The translations under genes were made by a program, and so were the position numbers. From the sequence record SRR20825019_411: DNA of 62,248 nucleotides; one strand, given 5' to 3'. Below are positions 29,153 through 38,215 of this stretch, one piece after another (the stretch's first letter is position 1; each line of letters begins with the position of its first letter). The notes below the pieces were generated by a model, which was not told where the DNA came from, made no database searches, and saw only the letters and a program-made list of their open reading frames with translations.

Positions 29153-30490
29153 CTATGCGCGGTCTCCTCCCGAAATCAGGTATGCTCCTGCTGCAAAAAG
29201 GCTTGTGAATAGGTATGAATTTGCGGGCATCTGCATTGAAAAGTCCACAACAGAATGGAGACCTAGCTGGACAAAAATTGAGACAGTAAGCATGATAAAT
29301 ACATCGTACTGCCCCCTCCCCCGCATAGCTGAAAACAGTTTAATAGCGGTATAGATAAACGATATAACCACAATGGAGCCAATTATACCGCCTGCGGTCA
29401 TATAGATTTCCAAAAGATCACTGTGCCCCTTGTTGATAGATACGGGAACAGGCCCAGGAAATACATCCAGTGTACGATATCGCGCAAACACTTCGGAAAA
29501 AGTCCCAAGTCCATAGCCCGTAAAAGGTCTTTCTTGAATTGCTTCAATAATATTCCCGTATATTTTATATCGCATATCATCTGGCTCGAAGTTGATCATA
29601 CGACTTCCATACATGCCCCCACTAAGTTCCAGCGTGACGGCAAAAAACAGGACTATCGACACGATGAACGCTATATTTTTTCTTGGTTCATTGCTGGCTT
29701 CCTTTGAAGCCTTCTTCTTATTTGAGAATAATGTAAGCAGCATAAGGAAGCTCGCGAACAAACTAGTTGATATTCCGCCCTTTGAACCTGTCAACAGTAG
29801 GCTGGTAAATATCAAGAACAAGCTTGAAATCAACATGGTAACTAAATAGTAATTTGGGGTAAAGAAATGTAATAATAAATGTCTACGCGAAATGTCTCTA
29901 CTTGGCCGTTGTAGGTAGCTCCATAATGTATAAGAAAGTATACATTGGAACCCCATGCCTGCATATGCAGCGAAGCTATTTCGGTTCACGAATGTAGATG
30001 TGAGCGCTCCATGTGACGCCCATTTTTTATACCAGAGAACAAAATTGTTGCCTGAGAAATATTCTGCCAGCCCATAAATGCAGTAAACTGTGACTATCAA
30101 TCCGGCGGTTAGAACAAACTTAGGAACGCAGGCTTTTTGCTTAAAACTGTTGAAAACTAGCAAAAACCAGACAATATGTGAGACTAGGAACAGGGCTGTC
30201 GTAATCGTATGTTGCGGAGTTGCAGACCACCCGAAAAGGACCTGCAGCATGCCCCAAAAGACCAGAAGAACAAGAGCCCCAATCAGAAGATGGAGTGCTC
30301 TAGGCACTGAGGAGAATTTTAAACTGTCCTGCCGCAAAACAAAAACAAAACCGAGTACACCAATATAGACGACCCAAAAGTATTTCCAAACCGCAGGGTT
30401 GCTAGCAAAAGGAAGCGGTGACAAAAATAACAATAAATAGATATATCTCACTGCACCAAGCTCCGCCGGTCCATAGCATGTGGAAGTCAA
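29153..30490 (-). CDS. O-antigen ligase-like (Wzy_C/WaaL) membrane protein
   Basis: Multi-TM. Contains STFVNRNSFAAY, TGSKGG, RPFTGYGLGTF, HSDLLE and HSVVDFSMQMPAN. Start is uncertain. Confidence 0.82.
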   Translation of the reverse strand: MTSTCYGPAELGAVRYIYLLLFLSPLPFASNPAVWKYFWVVYIGVLGFVFVLRQDSLKFSSVPRALHLLIGALVLLVFWGMLQVLFGWSATPQHTITTALFLVSHIVWFLLVFNSFKQKACVPKFVLTAGLIVTVYCIYGLAEYFSGNNFVLWYKKWASHGALTSTFVNRNSFAAYAGMGFQCILSYTLWSYLQRPSRDISRRHLLLHFFTPNYYLVTMLISSLFLIFTSLLLTGSKGGISTSLFASFLMLLTLFSNKKKASKEASNEPRKNIAFIVSIVLFFAVTLELSGGMYGSRMINFEPDDMRYKIYGNIIEAIQERPFTGYGLGTFSEVFARYRTLDVFPGPVPVSINKGHSDLLEIYMTAGGIIGSIVVISFIYTAIKLFSAMRGRGQYDVFIMLTVSIFVQLGLHSVVDFSMQMPANSYLFTSLFAAGAYLISGGDRA

Positions 30491-30970
30491 CTCGAATTGT
30501 ATTTGTCCCTGCAGAAACCGTGGGCTCCATTTTCATGACTCTGAGGTTAGATCTCTGACAACGACCGGTTTTTATCATACTTGCAAAGTGGGTGATAGAA
30601 AAAATCGAGAAACAGCTTGGTACTCCTCCCGGCGCCCCATGGAGGAACCCATTCCCGGTAGTCATCGCGGACCATATTAATATGCAGAGGTTTACAGAGG
30701 CGACAGGGTGAAAGCAGTTCCGCCGTTGGCCCTAGGGCTGCCCGAAATCGACGTGATGACATAAACATTTCCAGCCTGTTTCTAAACTCCCTAGAAAGCG
30801 ACTTGAAGGAGGTTGCACTCTGAAAAGTGGTCCAGTCGGTGGGGCGAACTTATAGTTTGCCGCTTTATACCTAATGCCGATCACAAATCACTATCGCCCA
30901 TATGGCTCAGAGAGAGTATCGTCACATATGATGCCTAGCACCACTGGTGTCCGTACCAATAATAGGACGT

Positions 30971-32152
30971 ATGTTTTCCAGAAAGAAGAAGATATCTTAC
31001 ATTGCCCGAGCTAAATTCCGCGACCAACAGAAGCGCTTCGGCATCAAACAATCTGACCGGCTGTCCCATATGTATGTCATCGGTAAAACTGGCACCGGCA
31101 AAACCACACTTCTTGAAAACCTGATCCTTCAGGATATCCGCGCGGGTCGTGGTTTGGTTCTGCTCGACCCACACGGTGATCTTGCCGAGCGTATCGCAGC
31201 CCGCATCCCATTATTCCGTTCTGACGATCTCATCTATTTCAACGCCACCGACCCGCGTCAGCCATATGGCTACAATCCCCTGCGGCGCGTGTCTGCGGAT
31301 TTACGACCTCTCGTGGCGTCCGGTGTGTTAGAGGTTTTCAAGAAACAATGGTCCGGTAATAGCTGGGGCGTGAACATGGAGCATATCCTGCGCAATGCCT
31401 TACTGGCGCTCTTGGACATGCCTCAGACGACGCTGGCCGACATTCCTCGTTTGCTCACGGACGAAGAGTATCAGACGACCGTTGTTGGCCATGTCACTAA
31501 CCCGCAGGTGAAGCGGTTCTGGGAGCAGGACTTCGAGGCGGGCGGTTTCAATCGGGCAAGTGCACTTGGGCCAGTGCTCAACAAGGTAGGTGCCTTTCTC
31601 GCGGACCCGATGCTGTACCGTGTGCTCACAACACCGGAGCAACCACTCTCTTTCCGACGCATCATGGACGAGCGTAAAATTCTGATCGTCAATTTGGCCA
31701 AAGGGCGTATTGGCGATGATGCTTCTTCCCTGCTTGGTGGACTATTGGTGACGATGTTGACGCTTGCAGCCTTCAGCAGGGCCGATCAGCCAGAGCGTGA
31801 GCGGGTTCCCTTTTTCCTCTATGCGGATGAGTTCCAAAACTTCGCCACGGATAGCTTTGCGAATGCCGTGTCGGAACTCCGTAAAACAAAGGTCGGGCTG
31901 ATTTTGGCTCATCAGCATTTGCACCAGATACCCGAGAATATCCGCGCGGCCATACTCGGCAATGTGGGCACCTTGATATCTTTCCGGGTGGGGGCGCAGG
32001 ATGCGCCCTATATGGCCCGAGAATTCTACCCGGATATCAGTCAGGAAGACCTGATCGGGCTTCCCAATTATCATATTTACCTGAAACTTATGATCAATGG
32101 CGTGCCGTCACGTCCATTCAGCGCAGAGACACTTCCGCCTCAATTTTCCTAA
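30971..32152 (+). CDS. VirD4/TraD(TrwB)/HerA-type P-loop ATPase, no TM anchor
   Basis: HMYVIGKTGTGKT Walker A, LLDPHGDL, LYADEFQNF Walker B, SELRK..GLILAHQ and LGNVGTLISFR. Start re-called at ATG 30971 (AGGA upstream). Confidence 0.85.
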   Translation: MFSRKKKISYIARAKFRDQQKRFGIKQSDRLSHMYVIGKTGTGKTTLLENLILQDIRAGRGLVLLDPHGDLAERIAARIPLFRSDDLIYFNATDPRQPYGYNPLRRVSADLRPLVASGVLEVFKKQWSGNSWGVNMEHILRNALLALLDMPQTTLADIPRLLTDEEYQTTVVGHVTNPQVKRFWEQDFEAGGFNRASALGPVLNKVGAFLADPMLYRVLTTPEQPLSFRRIMDERKILIVNLAKGRIGDDASSLLGGLLVTMLTLAAFSRADQPERERVPFFLYADEFQNFATDSFANAVSELRKTKVGLILAHQHLHQIPENIRAAILGNVGTLISFRVGAQDAPYMAREFYPDISQEDLIGLPNYHIYLKLMINGVPSRPFSAETLPPQFS

Positions 32153-32221
32153 AAGTAGCGTTAATGCCATTTATACGTTATCTTTGCACCCTATTGGCTA
32201 GCACAGCATGAGGGGGAAATC

Positions 32222-32743
32222 ATGGAATTGCTGTTCAAGCGCTCGCAGGCTGCGAGTGAGTTCGGTCGTGTTTCATTCAAACTATTTGGCAAAACTGAGT
32301 TTGATGACGAAGAGCATGCGCTCATCAAAAAGTACCGGTTTGACGAAGCGGTCTTGATCTACACCTACCAGCCAACACTCCTCAAACAGACACTTGTGAG
32401 AAGCTTCGGTGTATTTTTCCTTGCATGGATTGTCTTCTTTGCCCTGTTTGGTGCGAGCACGATGTTTGCCCTCGCGCTGGGGGTCTTATCAGGCGGTGGT
32501 TTCGGTTATTGGTATTATCATCAGAACCGGGAGACCATCTTTGTCCGCGATCTTATCCATGGCCGGTATTTCAAATGCGACAGCGTCATAGAACTGGCGC
32601 AGAAGGAAGCGTGGCTTGAAACCATCTGTGCCTTTCTCAGGCAGGTAATGGAAAGCGCCAAACATTGGGACGGTGAGGTTCGGTTTCCGATTGAGGCTCT
32701 TCCCAAAGATGAAGCCAAGAAGATGATCATTAAGGGCCTCTGA
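32222..32743 (+). CDS. Hypothetical two-TM membrane protein
   Basis: GAGGGGG SD, hydrophobic hairpin at about aa 60-100, and TGATG coupling to the next gene. Confidence 0.75.
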   Translation: MELLFKRSQAASEFGRVSFKLFGKTEFDDEEHALIKKYRFDEAVLIYTYQPTLLKQTLVRSFGVFFLAWIVFFALFGASTMFALALGVLSGGGFGYWYYHQNRETIFVRDLIHGRYFKCDSVIELAQKEAWLETICAFLRQVMESAKHWDGEVRFPIEALPKDEAKKMIIKGL

Positions 32744-35253
32744 TGCGCTTCCACATCGCGGCGCGCTTTCATGCTTTGGTAAACGGCCTGTTCCGGCCCC
32801 CGGAGGAGCGACAAACATGGTTCCTCTACCATAGGGTCCTGCGCCATCTGGAGAATGAAGGGCTGGAGGATCAGGCGGGCCGGGTTGGTCTTGCTCTCAT
32901 GCTTGCAGGCGACCTGGCTGATACCTTTGGCTTGTCGGAGGACCACCCACACCGGGAGAAGCTGGCGAGCTTGGTGGCTCAGGTGATCGACTATGAAGAC
33001 CTGTTTGTCTTGCCTCATATCGACTGGGACGTTTCCTACACGGTGGCGGAGCATTTTGACCTGCGCAGCCTGCTGCGCACGCAGCTTGATCTCATAAAGG
33101 ATTTTAAGGACACCTATCAGGCTATGCTGGATGCGTTCACTGTATCCCTGAACAGCTTGTATTCAGTGCCATTCCCGAACCCTGATAAAGCGGGAGCAGG
33201 GGCACAGACCTTTGATGCCGACATGCTGAGCAGTATTCCCCATTGCGGTGCGGTGGTGGAAGGCATGATCATGCCCTTTTTTGATGAGGACATTACCGAC
33301 AAGGATTTATTCCGCCGCTTGCGTCACAGGTTTGACTTCAACCTGGAGCGGGCGTCGGGAAAATCGCCGGATGTATCCCCCATCAAAGACCCTGAGAAGC
33401 TGGCGCAGACCTATCTGGCCGGAACACCCTTTCTGCCCTTTCTTGATGACCAAGTGATTATCTCTATCCCACAGTCAGTCCGCTTTGAGCATACCCATGT
33501 GCTGGGTGGCACCGGGCACGGTAAGACACAGCTTCTCCAGTATCTCATCCATCATGACATTGAGCAGGCCGCAGTTGATAAACTGTCCATCGTGGTGATC
33601 GATAGCCAAGGCGACATGATCGGCAAGCTCTCTCGCATGCAGACGCTCTCTCCCACGGCGGAAAACTCTTTGTCAAACCGGCTGATCATCATTGATCCTA
33701 CCGACATCGAGCATCCACCAGCGCTCAACCTGTTTGATGCTGGACGAGACAGACTGGAGGACTACACACCGCGCCAACGGGAACTGGCTTTCAATTCCCT
33801 TGTAGACATCTACGGGCGTTTCTTCGGCTCGCTCTTGGGTGCAGAGCTAACCGCAAAACAAGGTGCAGTGTTCCGTTATCTTGCGCGTCTAATGCTGACT
33901 ATTGAAGGCGCGACCATTCATACGCTGATTGAGCTGATGGATAATCCCGCCCCATTCAAGACGCACATCCAGAAGCTCGATCCCACAGCCAGACGCTTCT
34001 TTGAGCAGGAGTTCTCACGCGGCGGCTTCAGTTCCACCCGGCAGCAGATCAAGCAGCGGCTTTATACCGTGCTCTCGATCCCCACCTTTGACCGTCTATT
34101 CTCGGCCCCGAAGTCCAAGATCAGCTTTTTTGATGCACTGAACGACGGCTCCATCATTCTGGTGAACACGGCCAAGGACCTTCTGAAGGCTGATGGTGCG
34201 GCCATCTTCGGTCGCTTTGTATTGTCGCTTATTGAGCATGCCATCATGGAGCGGGCCACGCTCAGCGAGAACGAGCGTACACCCACGTTCCTCTATGTGG
34301 ACGAAGCTCAGGACTATTTTGACGAGACCATCGAGACAATGTTGGTGCAGGGGCGGAAGTATAATTTCGGCCTGACGCTGGCGCACCAGAACTTGGTTCA
34401 GCTCTCAACCCGGTTGAATGCAGTGCTGGCTGGCAATACAACGATCAAGCTGGCTGGTGGTGTGACGGACAGGGATGCGCGGTCTCTGGCATCCGACATG
34501 CGCACGACAGCGGACATGCTGCTCTCAATGAGGAAGAGCACAGATCGAACAGAGTTTGCGCTGTCGGTACGCAACAAGACATCACATGCCCTGAAGGTGG
34601 ATATCGAGCTTGGGTGCCTTGAACGCAGCGCCATGATGGCGGACGGCGAGTATGCGGACTTGCTAGCCAAAAACCGTGAGCGTGTGTGTTATGAGCCGGA
34701 GGCAATCCCGTCTCAGCCTGTTCGCAAGCCACAGGCTGCTATAGCAGCGCCAGAAACCGCCGACAACGCGCCGGAACCAGAGCATGCGGGCCATCGTGCC
34801 ATTCAGGAGCAAATCGCCGCCAAGGCCAAGAAACACGGTTTTGCGGCCAGTGTCGAATATGTGTTGCCAAATGACAAACGCATCGATGTGGCACTGTTTG
34901 GGCATGGCCTAAGGATTGCAGTGGAGGTGTCCGTCACGAACCGGCAGGAATATGAACTCTCCAACATTGAGAAGGCGCTGGAGGCTGGTTTTGGCACAGT
35001 GTGGATGGTGGCCCCAAACGCCGAGCACCGGAGCAGGCTGGAACAGTTTGTGCGGGACAAGCTGGCGATGGAAAAATGGTCTCGGGTGCTGTTCGGCTCA
35101 ATGGACAATGTGGCAGCATGGCTCGGGCGCTATGAGCCGCCAGCATATGATCGATCGCGCATTGCAGGATATGACGTCGAAACAGAGTTTGTGGTTCCTG
35201 AAAATGCCCAAGAGCATCGTTATCGGACGGAACGATTACGACTTCTCCTGTAG
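32743..35253 (+). CDS. VirD4/TraD/HerA-type ATPase with a C-terminal PD-(D/E)XK-like domain
   Basis: HTHVLGGTGHGKT Walker A, IDSQGD, LYVDEAQDY Walker B and QGRKY..GLTLAHQ. After a Pro/Ala linker the C-terminus reads H...VEYVLPNDKRIDVAL...IAVEVSVT. Confidence 0.8.
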   Translation: MRFHIAARFHALVNGLFRPPEERQTWFLYHRVLRHLENEGLEDQAGRVGLALMLAGDLADTFGLSEDHPHREKLASLVAQVIDYEDLFVLPHIDWDVSYTVAEHFDLRSLLRTQLDLIKDFKDTYQAMLDAFTVSLNSLYSVPFPNPDKAGAGAQTFDADMLSSIPHCGAVVEGMIMPFFDEDITDKDLFRRLRHRFDFNLERASGKSPDVSPIKDPEKLAQTYLAGTPFLPFLDDQVIISIPQSVRFEHTHVLGGTGHGKTQLLQYLIHHDIEQAAVDKLSIVVIDSQGDMIGKLSRMQTLSPTAENSLSNRLIIIDPTDIEHPPALNLFDAGRDRLEDYTPRQRELAFNSLVDIYGRFFGSLLGAELTAKQGAVFRYLARLMLTIEGATIHTLIELMDNPAPFKTHIQKLDPTARRFFEQEFSRGGFSSTRQQIKQRLYTVLSIPTFDRLFSAPKSKISFFDALNDGSIILVNTAKDLLKADGAAIFGRFVLSLIEHAIMERATLSENERTPTFLYVDEAQDYFDETIETMLVQGRKYNFGLTLAHQNLVQLSTRLNAVLAGNTTIKLAGGVTDRDARSLASDMRTTADMLLSMRKSTDRTEFALSVRNKTSHALKVDIELGCLERSAMMADGEYADLLAKNRERVCYEPEAIPSQPVRKPQAAIAAPETADNAPEPEHAGHRAIQEQIAAKAKKHGFAASVEYVLPNDKRIDVALFGHGLRIAVEVSVTNRQEYELSNIEKALEAGFGTVWMVAPNAEHRSRLEQFVRDKLAMEKWSRVLFGSMDNVAAWLGRYEPPAYDRSRIAGYDVETEFVVPENAQEHRYRTERLRLLL

Positions 35254-35271
35254 CGGGTGTATCAGTTCCTG

Positions 35272-36192
35272 TTAAAGCGCTGAGATTATCCTATCAAAGG
35301 ATGAGATTGCCTGATCGAAGGTGATTTTGTTGTCGTCCTGCGCGTAGGACATGGCATCTACATATTGTGTATATTCGGCTCGATATTCTTTTTCTTCAGA
35401 CGTCAGGATCGATTGAGCTTGGGTGACCCTGTCAGCCAGCGATTGTTCGGGGTCGGTGCCGCCCCGTCCTCGGTCTGCGGCAAAGGTGGCGTGAATCATG
35501 GCAATAAAATCCGTATTGGCCAGAGCCATTTTTTCTAGCGCGGAAAGGTCGTGCAGATGTCGGATGATGGTAGGGTCGTTCTCTGGGGAACCAAGTACCT
35601 GCTGGCGGTCTCTTGCTATCATGCGCCAGAGTAATGCGCTAAATTTATCAGCTGCAGTTTTGACCGGCGTAATGCAGGCGATATTGGCTTCAGCCTCGCC
35701 GCCCATAAATTCTGCTGTGAAAGAGCGTATAAGTCTATGCTCTACCGGCAGCGCTCCTTCTTTGAAGCTCATCTCCAGTTGAAGATTTGCTCGCAGCGCA
35801 CCGTCCAGTTGTTGTGTATGTGGATAAGAAATGTTGAAGCGGAAGAAGTTACTATTGTCTTTGGATATGATGTTTCCCTCTTCAACAGATAACGCCGAAT
35901 ATCCCCGTATCAGGCCAATGATTTCTTTCCGGTACGCTCTGCGTCCCGCTCTGGAGAGTGGCTCGCTGGCCATGACCTGAAAATCAATGTCCTCAGAAAA
36001 TCGCTGTATGAGGCCATAGCCTTTAGACAGGCTGGTACCACCTGAAAATACGGGCGTTATATACTCGGTAGTGTATTCCGATATCAATTTCAAAACCTGA
36101 ACCGCATACCAATCCTTTTCGATAAAGGACGGGGCAACGCCAAGTTCGGTTGCAATTTCCAGAATTGCCTCGGCGCTAGGCGTATTGCTCAT
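35272..36192 (-). CDS. abiEii: AbiEii/AbiGii nucleotidyltransferase toxin (type IV TA)
   Basis: IEKDW, FSGGTSLSKGYGLIQRFSEDIDF, DK..AL and RHLHDL. Confidence 0.9.
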   Translation of the reverse strand: MSNTPSAEAILEIATELGVAPSFIEKDWYAVQVLKLISEYTTEYITPVFSGGTSLSKGYGLIQRFSEDIDFQVMASEPLSRAGRRAYRKEIIGLIRGYSALSVEEGNIISKDNSNFFRFNISYPHTQQLDGALRANLQLEMSFKEGALPVEHRLIRSFTAEFMGGEAEANIACITPVKTAADKFSALLWRMIARDRQQVLGSPENDPTIIRHLHDLSALEKMALANTDFIAMIHATFAADRGRGGTDPEQSLADRVTQAQSILTSEEKEYRAEYTQYVDAMSYAQDDNKITFDQAISSFDRIISAL

Positions 36193-36592
36193 AGGTCACG
36201 AAGCTTCCATTATACCCAATCTTGCGAGATACGCGGCCCTTAACACCGATAACGCGGCCTGTAGGGACTTGGGTTGTCTTGCCCTCATTATAGGCCTTCT
36301 CGTAGCGGGACTGGGTGATTTTTACCCCACGTTTGACCAGTGCGGCTTTGGCCAGTTCCTGGATTGGCCGTTCGAGCGTTGGTTTGCCAGTGATTGGCGA
36401 AATTCTGCTGCGTGCGTAGACGCCCTGACCGATCTTAATGAGAAAGCCGGACTTGGTCATGCGTCTGAAAACGCGACCGATCTGATCATTACCGGACAAA
36501 TCTTTGAAATCGGCAGGTACGAATACAGGCACCGCACTTCGTTTTATGCGGTACTTCATTCTACTCTCCAATGTCTGTTTTATCGGCATCAT
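36176..36592 (-). CDS. abiEi: AbiEi-type (DUF6088-like) wHTH antitoxin
   Basis: VFVPADF, G.LIKIGQGVY and TTQVPTG. Overlaps the toxin start. Start re-called at ATG 36592 (or 36589). Confidence 0.8.
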   Translation of the reverse strand: MMPIKQTLESRMKYRIKRSAVPVFVPADFKDLSGNDQIGRVFRRMTKSGFLIKIGQGVYARSRISPITGKPTLERPIQELAKAALVKRGVKITQSRYEKAYNEGKTTQVPTGRVIGVKGRVSRKIGYNGSFVTYEQYA

Positions 36593-36705
36593 AACGGCTT
36601 TCAAATTTACGACATTATTGTACTGCAAATTTAAGACATATGCAATGAGTAAATACATTATAAATATATTAGGAATCATATAGTTATTTATATTCGCGAA
36701 AAATA

Positions 36706-36736
36706 CGAGTCATAGAATTATAAAATCTATGACTCG
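36706..36736. repeat. Perfect 11-bp inverted repeat (CGAGTCATAGA-N9-TCTATGACTCG) between integrase and abiEi
   Basis: Read directly. Could be an AbiEi operator or an integrase terminator. Confidence 0.75.
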
Positions 36737-36787
36737 CTGAATCGTTACCTGGTGCGACCGATATGGACGAAGGGATAAGCTCTTCGG

Positions 36788-37771
36788 CTAATCCAGCATT
36801 TGCGCCAGTTTCGTTGCGGACTCGTTATAATAAATCATCAGGCTCTTAAGGTCCCGGTGTCCGACCGTGCGTGCAAGAGCAAGTACATCGAGCTTTTTGG
36901 ACAGCCGTGTGATCGCCTCATGTCGGGTGTCGTGGAAGTGTAGGTTTGTGATCTCCGCTTTTGCCACTGCCTGCCGAAAGAAGGTCGAGGCCATCCGAGA
37001 ATCTATCCGAAGCGCTGTCTGGAGGAACTGGGTGCACAGTTCCACTGCCTTTGAGGAGAGCGGAACCTGACGCTGGTCCCCATTCTTGGTTTGGTCCAGT
37101 TGCACATACCGCTCGGCTAGGTGCACTGAGGAATCGTCCATACTGCACATCTCCCCAAGCCGCATGCCAGTCTCTATGGCAAGTAGGAAGTAGAGTCCCA
37201 ATAGCTGCCTTCTGGTGCGGATAGGGGAATACTCCTGATACCCTAGGACCATGATGATGCGATCGATTTCATCTTCGGTGATCAGGCGATCACGTGGACG
37301 TGGTTGCTTGGGGCGGTCAAGATCATGCACGGGATTTACTTTGAGCCAGCCCCATTCCTTGCGCGCCCTCGTGAAGACGGCGGAGATGAGATTGAGGTCC
37401 CGGTTCACTGTGCCCGGCGACACCTGCTTGAGGCGGGCATCTCGGAATTTCGCCGTATGCTGGGTCTTGAGGTCTACAAGACGAACGCGGGATAACGGAT
37501 CACGACCGAGAGCGTTTAGCCGGATGAGTTCCCAACGGGCTCCGCGCTTGGTCGGGGAGACTTCCTTGGCATAGCGCGTGAAGGCATCCCGTACGAGGAG
37601 GCGCTCTGCCATCGCTTCTTCAATGACGATTTTTCCCGACGAGATTTCGGCTTCTTTGAGGATGGCCCATTCCCGTGCCTCGGCTTTTGTGCTATATGTT
37701 GCGGACAGGTAGATACCCTGTTTTCGAACTTCGACGCGCCATTTGGTACCGCGTTTCCTGAATGTGGCCAT
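36788..37771 (-). CDS. int: Tyrosine recombinase/integrase (Rci/HP1-like)
   Basis: N-terminal arm-binding segment (MATFRKRGTKWRVEVRK). Intact catalytic set ETGMR, TKNG, FHDTRHEA, GHRD and YYN. GGAGA SD. Confidence 0.93.
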   Translation of the reverse strand: MATFRKRGTKWRVEVRKQGIYLSATYSTKAEAREWAILKEAEISSGKIVIEEAMAERLLVRDAFTRYAKEVSPTKRGARWELIRLNALGRDPLSRVRLVDLKTQHTAKFRDARLKQVSPGTVNRDLNLISAVFTRARKEWGWLKVNPVHDLDRPKQPRPRDRLITEDEIDRIIMVLGYQEYSPIRTRRQLLGLYFLLAIETGMRLGEMCSMDDSSVHLAERYVQLDQTKNGDQRQVPLSSKAVELCTQFLQTALRIDSRMASTFFRQAVAKAEITNLHFHDTRHEAITRLSKKLDVLALARTVGHRDLKSLMIYYNESATKLAQMLD

Positions 37772-37940
37772 TGTGTTCTCCTATCGATCTATGGCGTAAA
37801 ATGGGCACATCGCCCCAAATTTACACGCTCGTGACCTGATAGAATCAACTACCTCGCAGCACCCAGAGTATACAGTTAAACCTTTGAAAATACACGATTT
37901 AACACTATATGAGCAAAACTGAAGCGAACCTCTCTCTCGG

Positions 37941-37956
37941 CCTCTTCTGGGCACCA
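37941..37956 (+). repeat. att-site copy of a tRNA-Leu 3' end (CCTCTTCTGGGCACCA)
   Basis: Matches the 3' end (...GTTCGAGT-CCTCTTCTGGGCACCA) that I recall for alphaproteobacterial tRNA-Leu(CAG). It ends in CCA, the upstream bases do not continue the tRNA, and it lies 170 bp from the integrase start. Confidence 0.8.
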
Positions 37957-37960
37957 ATCA

Positions 37961-37986
37961 AAAACCCGCCTTAACTGGCGGGTTTT
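37961..37986 (+). terminator. Rho-independent terminator following the tRNA fragment
   Basis: AAAACCCGCC-TTAACT-GGCGGGTTTT followed by GTGTTTTT. Confidence 0.85.
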
Positions 37987-38215
37987 GTGTTTTTGGCCTC
38001 CCCTTGTCCCGCCTGAGTGAAGCTCATGCACCAAATTACGAGAGCAGGGATCACCGGTTAATAAACTAAGGTTCCATTGTGCTCTCCGGAAGCTATGTGC
38101 CCTTTTAGCCACCGGGGAAGGTGGCTCCTTAGTCACTGCTATACAGGGTCAGGCGTTTTCCGGGAGCCAGAGTGCTGGCTTCTCAACAGTTCAACACGTC
38201 AGGAGCCCTAGACCC

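Larger units (their letters stand above)
30971..37956. mobile_element. Right end of an integrative element inserted at tRNA-Leu (minimal extent shown; the left boundary may lie outside the window)
   Basis: Integrase next to a tRNA 3'-end fragment, AbiE TA pair and coupling-protein-like ATPases. Codon/GC style changes after about 38 kb. Confidence 0.75.

Noticed and set aside
30813-30852. GAAAAGTGGTCCAGTCGGTGGGGC resembling fused IS3-family terminal repeats (possible IS scar near the ATPase module)
   Set aside because: Too short. I found no transposase remnant or partner repeat, and it cannot be supported without an ISfinder search.
37921-37956. A complete tRNA gene
   Set aside because: Only the last 16 nt match. 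The upstream sequence lacks the T-loop GTTCGA and the D and anticodon arms, so it is treated as an att fragment.
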